64,000 nucleotides of DNA from Amphiscolops sp. MND2022. Taxonomy: Eukaryota. Both the position numbers and the translations under genes were made by a program. Below the pieces are notes generated by a model. That model saw only the letters and a list, made by a program, of their open reading frames with translations, was not told where the DNA came from and made no database searches. This document shows, piece by piece, positions 61,361 to 64,000 of the stretch. How positions within the stretch are numbered: position 1 is the stretch's first letter; each line of letters begins with the position of its first letter. Where the stretch lies: the NCBI GenBank assembly GCA_964187785.1, contig OZ076419.1, forward strand, positions 22,816,001 through 22,880,000, in the 5' to 3' direction.

Positions 61361-62080
61361 TATTCCTGGGTGTCCTGCCAGGAGCCCTGGTTGTTGGCGA
61401 GGTTCTGCTAATCGGTGGTGGTCGGAAGAGAATTTTAAAAGGAAATAATTTATTCTGCAATATTGATCACTGTACAGAGTGATACAAAGCAATCACAAGA
61501 GGTTTTGCTGACAATGTTAAGTTATGAACGACAACAAAGTGAAACGACTGACTTTTGAGGCATTTTGATATGTTATGAAATGGAAATTGACTATCTTTTT
61601 ATATGAGAACAACGTCTTTACTTGAGCCTCCTTTTCGCGCTTATGCCCTAGACAGGAGGACTTCCTCCTGTTCGAAAGTACCAGTCAGCCAAACCTAATA
61701 TGTTCCGAACTTTCCTGGTTTTCAGGGAAAACTTTCCCTCTTTTTAGTGTACTCAGACAGTAAACTTTTGTGACATCAACATTCAGACATAGACTTTTTA
61801 GAAGTTGAAATGAAAGGTTCAAACCGAACTGTCAAAGTTTGAAGGTCAATGACATTCGCAAAAAGGACAAGTTAGAGCATTCAGTTCATTGTTCTTAGCT
61901 GACGCCATTGCGCTCACTTGCCAAGCCTTTGTTGTTTCAAACGTGTTAGCAACATCTTTCGATTGATGTTACGTAATCGAAACAGCTTTACAACGATGGC
62001 AGAACAACGTTACAACAACGGCAGACTTATGTTTCAACGACAAACAGTGTTAGTCAAATTAGAATAACTTATTCCGAACA
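61361..62080 (-). repeat. 5' LTR of intact BEL/Pao (720 bp)
   Basis: Matches 52836-53555. Confidence 0.95.
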
Positions 62081-62145
62081 GCTATGTGGTTTTCAAGAAG
62101 CAGGTTTCGAGTTTTTCTCCAAGTTTTTTTCTAAACGTTTGAACC

Positions 62146-62620
62146 AACAAGACGGGAATGTCTAAAGTCGGCGCTCAGGGCACTCTAATGCTATATCTAA
62201 GGCTCAAAAAGCGCAAAGTTTTTAAAAACTGAAAAAAAATTATGACAAAAAATAATCATATCGAAAAATCTCACAATTTCGAAAATTGTAAAAAGGGGGA
62301 CCCTTTGGGCTTTTTGAAAATCCAGTTTGTTGCAAAATATCAAAAAAATTGAAGGGGGTCCCTTTGGTGACATTAAAAAGTTGTCGAAAAAAAAACGAAA
62401 AATGATCATTCTGAACAGTCTCATAGTGACGAAAAATGTAGAAGGGGGAACCTTTGGACTAAGTTTGCCTTAGCCCCGGACTTGGCCTTAGGTGTAGGTG
62501 GTTTCAGGATTCTTTCTAAAAAGTGGACCGATCAGTGTGAGGATTGAAGTCTGAAGAAAAAAAAGGTCACTGCTATAGTCGGGCATTTTTCCTTAAAAGG
62601 ATAAAGCGCCGACTAAAAAC
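62146..62620 (-). mobile_element. DINE-1/HINE-like element (copy C, both ends present)
   Basis: aacaagacgggaatgtctaaagtcggcgct at the left; hairpin tagtcgggc...gcgccgacta plus aaaaa at 62576-62620; gggggaccctttggg core. Confidence 0.6.
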
Positions 62621-63284
62621 ACGGTGTATGGTTGTTAGAGTTGCTAGTTTTCTTCCGGCATTCAACCATTATCTGGATTATAATTTTGACTACAAGCAGA
62701 CCAATGTCCAATTGAATTCTATCATCCGTCGATTGTCGCAAATTATTGTAACGAAAATGTTTTCGCAAACAACTGGAAAAAAACAATAACTCGCCTTAAA
62801 TCACTTCAAAACTTTTCGATTTGAACAACAAATGAGGCTATAATTGCCGAAATGATATATAGAAAAATAATCTAACATTGTTTGTAATCTGGGAAATAAA
62901 GTATTTGATTGAAACGTTTCTCGACAAACAATTTGAAATTCAAAATCAAGGTAAAGAAATTCTCCGAATCAATTTGACTTATACATTCCTAAAAAAGTGC
63001 AATGAACTGATGGCTACGCAAGGCATGTGTTCTAAGCGATAGATTTGTCAAACTTGTTGCTTTATTGAACAATCCGAACACGAAAACAAAAGGTTCAAGT
63101 GTCGCTACGTGTCTTGATTCCTTATAAGTGTAACTCCAGTGAAGAAAGTTCATTTCGAAAAGTCCAGTATATCAATTGCTGCCGGATATAGTTATTCAAA
63201 TTTATGAAATATGCAAAAACCTCCCCCCACTCTGCTGATAGTCATGTAGCTTTTTGTTTTTGAGGAATGTTAAAATAGATGTGC

Positions 63285-63511
63285 TCAGAGTTTCCGATGC
63301 CAGATGCAAGGGTTTCGTCCGGGATATCTGGGGATCCCGATTGCGCCATAGATGGGGGTTAGCACGGGTGCTAACACTGGCATTAGTTCCTCAACTTCTG
63401 ATAATGTAAAATCAGCCAATAGAAAACTAAAATCAATGCTCCCTAATGATGTCTCATGTTTTGTTGCAATCTTGGAATGTTGTATTAGTTCTTCAACTAT
63501 AAGAATTTTTC
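63285..63511 (-). CDS. Candidate terminal exon of an unidentified gene (GKILIVEELIQHSK...PCIWHRKL*)
   Basis: Acceptor tttttgattttcag; 227 nt, phase 1, open to TGA. Confidence 0.5.
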
Positions 63512-63541
63512 CTGAAAATCAAAAAGTACATTTATCTTTAC

Positions 63542-63635
63542 CCAAATACGTTTTCCGGGTGGAATCATTTTTCCGAATGAAATTTCCAATTTCCAAAGTA
63601 AGTATTTCAGTAAGTGACGGATTTCCATAAAGGTT
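63542..63635 (-). CDS. Candidate penultimate exon of the same gene (NLYGNPSLTEILTLEIGNFIRKNDSTRKTYL)
   Basis: Acceptor ctttataatag, donor G|gtaaag; 94 nt; in frame with 63285-63511 across a 30-nt intron. Confidence 0.45.
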
Positions 63636-64000
63636 CTATTATAAAGTTTTTTTAAAATCCGCATTCGAATGGTTTTTAATGTAACAAAACGTGTCCGGCT
63701 CTTACAGTGCATTTTTTGTCAGACCACAGACCTCACACAGAACGGACAACTTTTCAAACAGACGCGCCTAGGGTCCTCGCTTCCGAACGAAGTAGACGGT
63801 GGTCGTGTGACCCAAGATTAAACATTTTCAAACTTTGAAAAGTCAGAAGGTCCCCCGGTTTTTCTCGTCTTCCAACTTCGGGAAGCCACTTCAAAGCTAA
63901 AGGGTTCCAGTTTGGGTCTTTTGGAACTGTGCGACTTTGTTCGAAAATCCAATACCATTTTCTTGGGTTATTTTGATGTTTTCAAATAGAAAAACGTGTT

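Larger units (their letters stand above)
52836..62080 (-). mobile_element. Intact, very recent BEL/Pao LTR retrotransposon
   Basis: Two 720-bp LTRs with no difference seen by eye; TSD gcta(t) at 52832 and 62081; PBS, PPT and an uninterrupted polyprotein. Confidence 0.97.

Overview
AT-rich metazoan (invertebrate-like) genomic DNA dominated by LTR retrotransposons and non-autonomous DNA elements; there is no prokaryotic gene structure, CRISPR array or rRNA. The one host gene I can assemble fully is a 3-exon, 180-aa claudin/PMP22-like tetraspan gene on the minus strand (29432-29243, 9793-9626, 8993-8809). Its 19.4-kb first coding intron holds a nested stack: a foldback/MITE, inside it a decayed Mag-like Ty3/Gypsy (12751-28911), inside that a decayed BEL/Pao (16312-26764), which itself carries a recent 3.1-kb internal tandem duplication. 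Two more decayed Mag-like Gypsy copies (about 2167-6335, 5'-truncated; 32431-37656) are present, plus an apparently intact and very young BEL/Pao (52836-62080, minus strand) with identical 720-bp LTRs and a 2060-aa polyprotein. The most unusual observations are: (1) an extra ORF between PBS and gag of the nested BEL with SGNH/GDSL-esterase-like motifs; (2) splice acceptors 10-14 nt upstream of the gag ATG in both BEL elements; (3) a roughly 50-bp flanking duplication in place of a normal short TSD; (4) non-CA LTR ends on the intact BEL; (5) an abundant repeat with DINE-1/Helentron-like architecture; (6) a 3.67-kb tandem duplication with mosaic divergence; (7) several orphan exons, including a NACHT-like fragment and a 30-nt micro-intron candidate. 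All alignments were done by eye, so identities are approximate.
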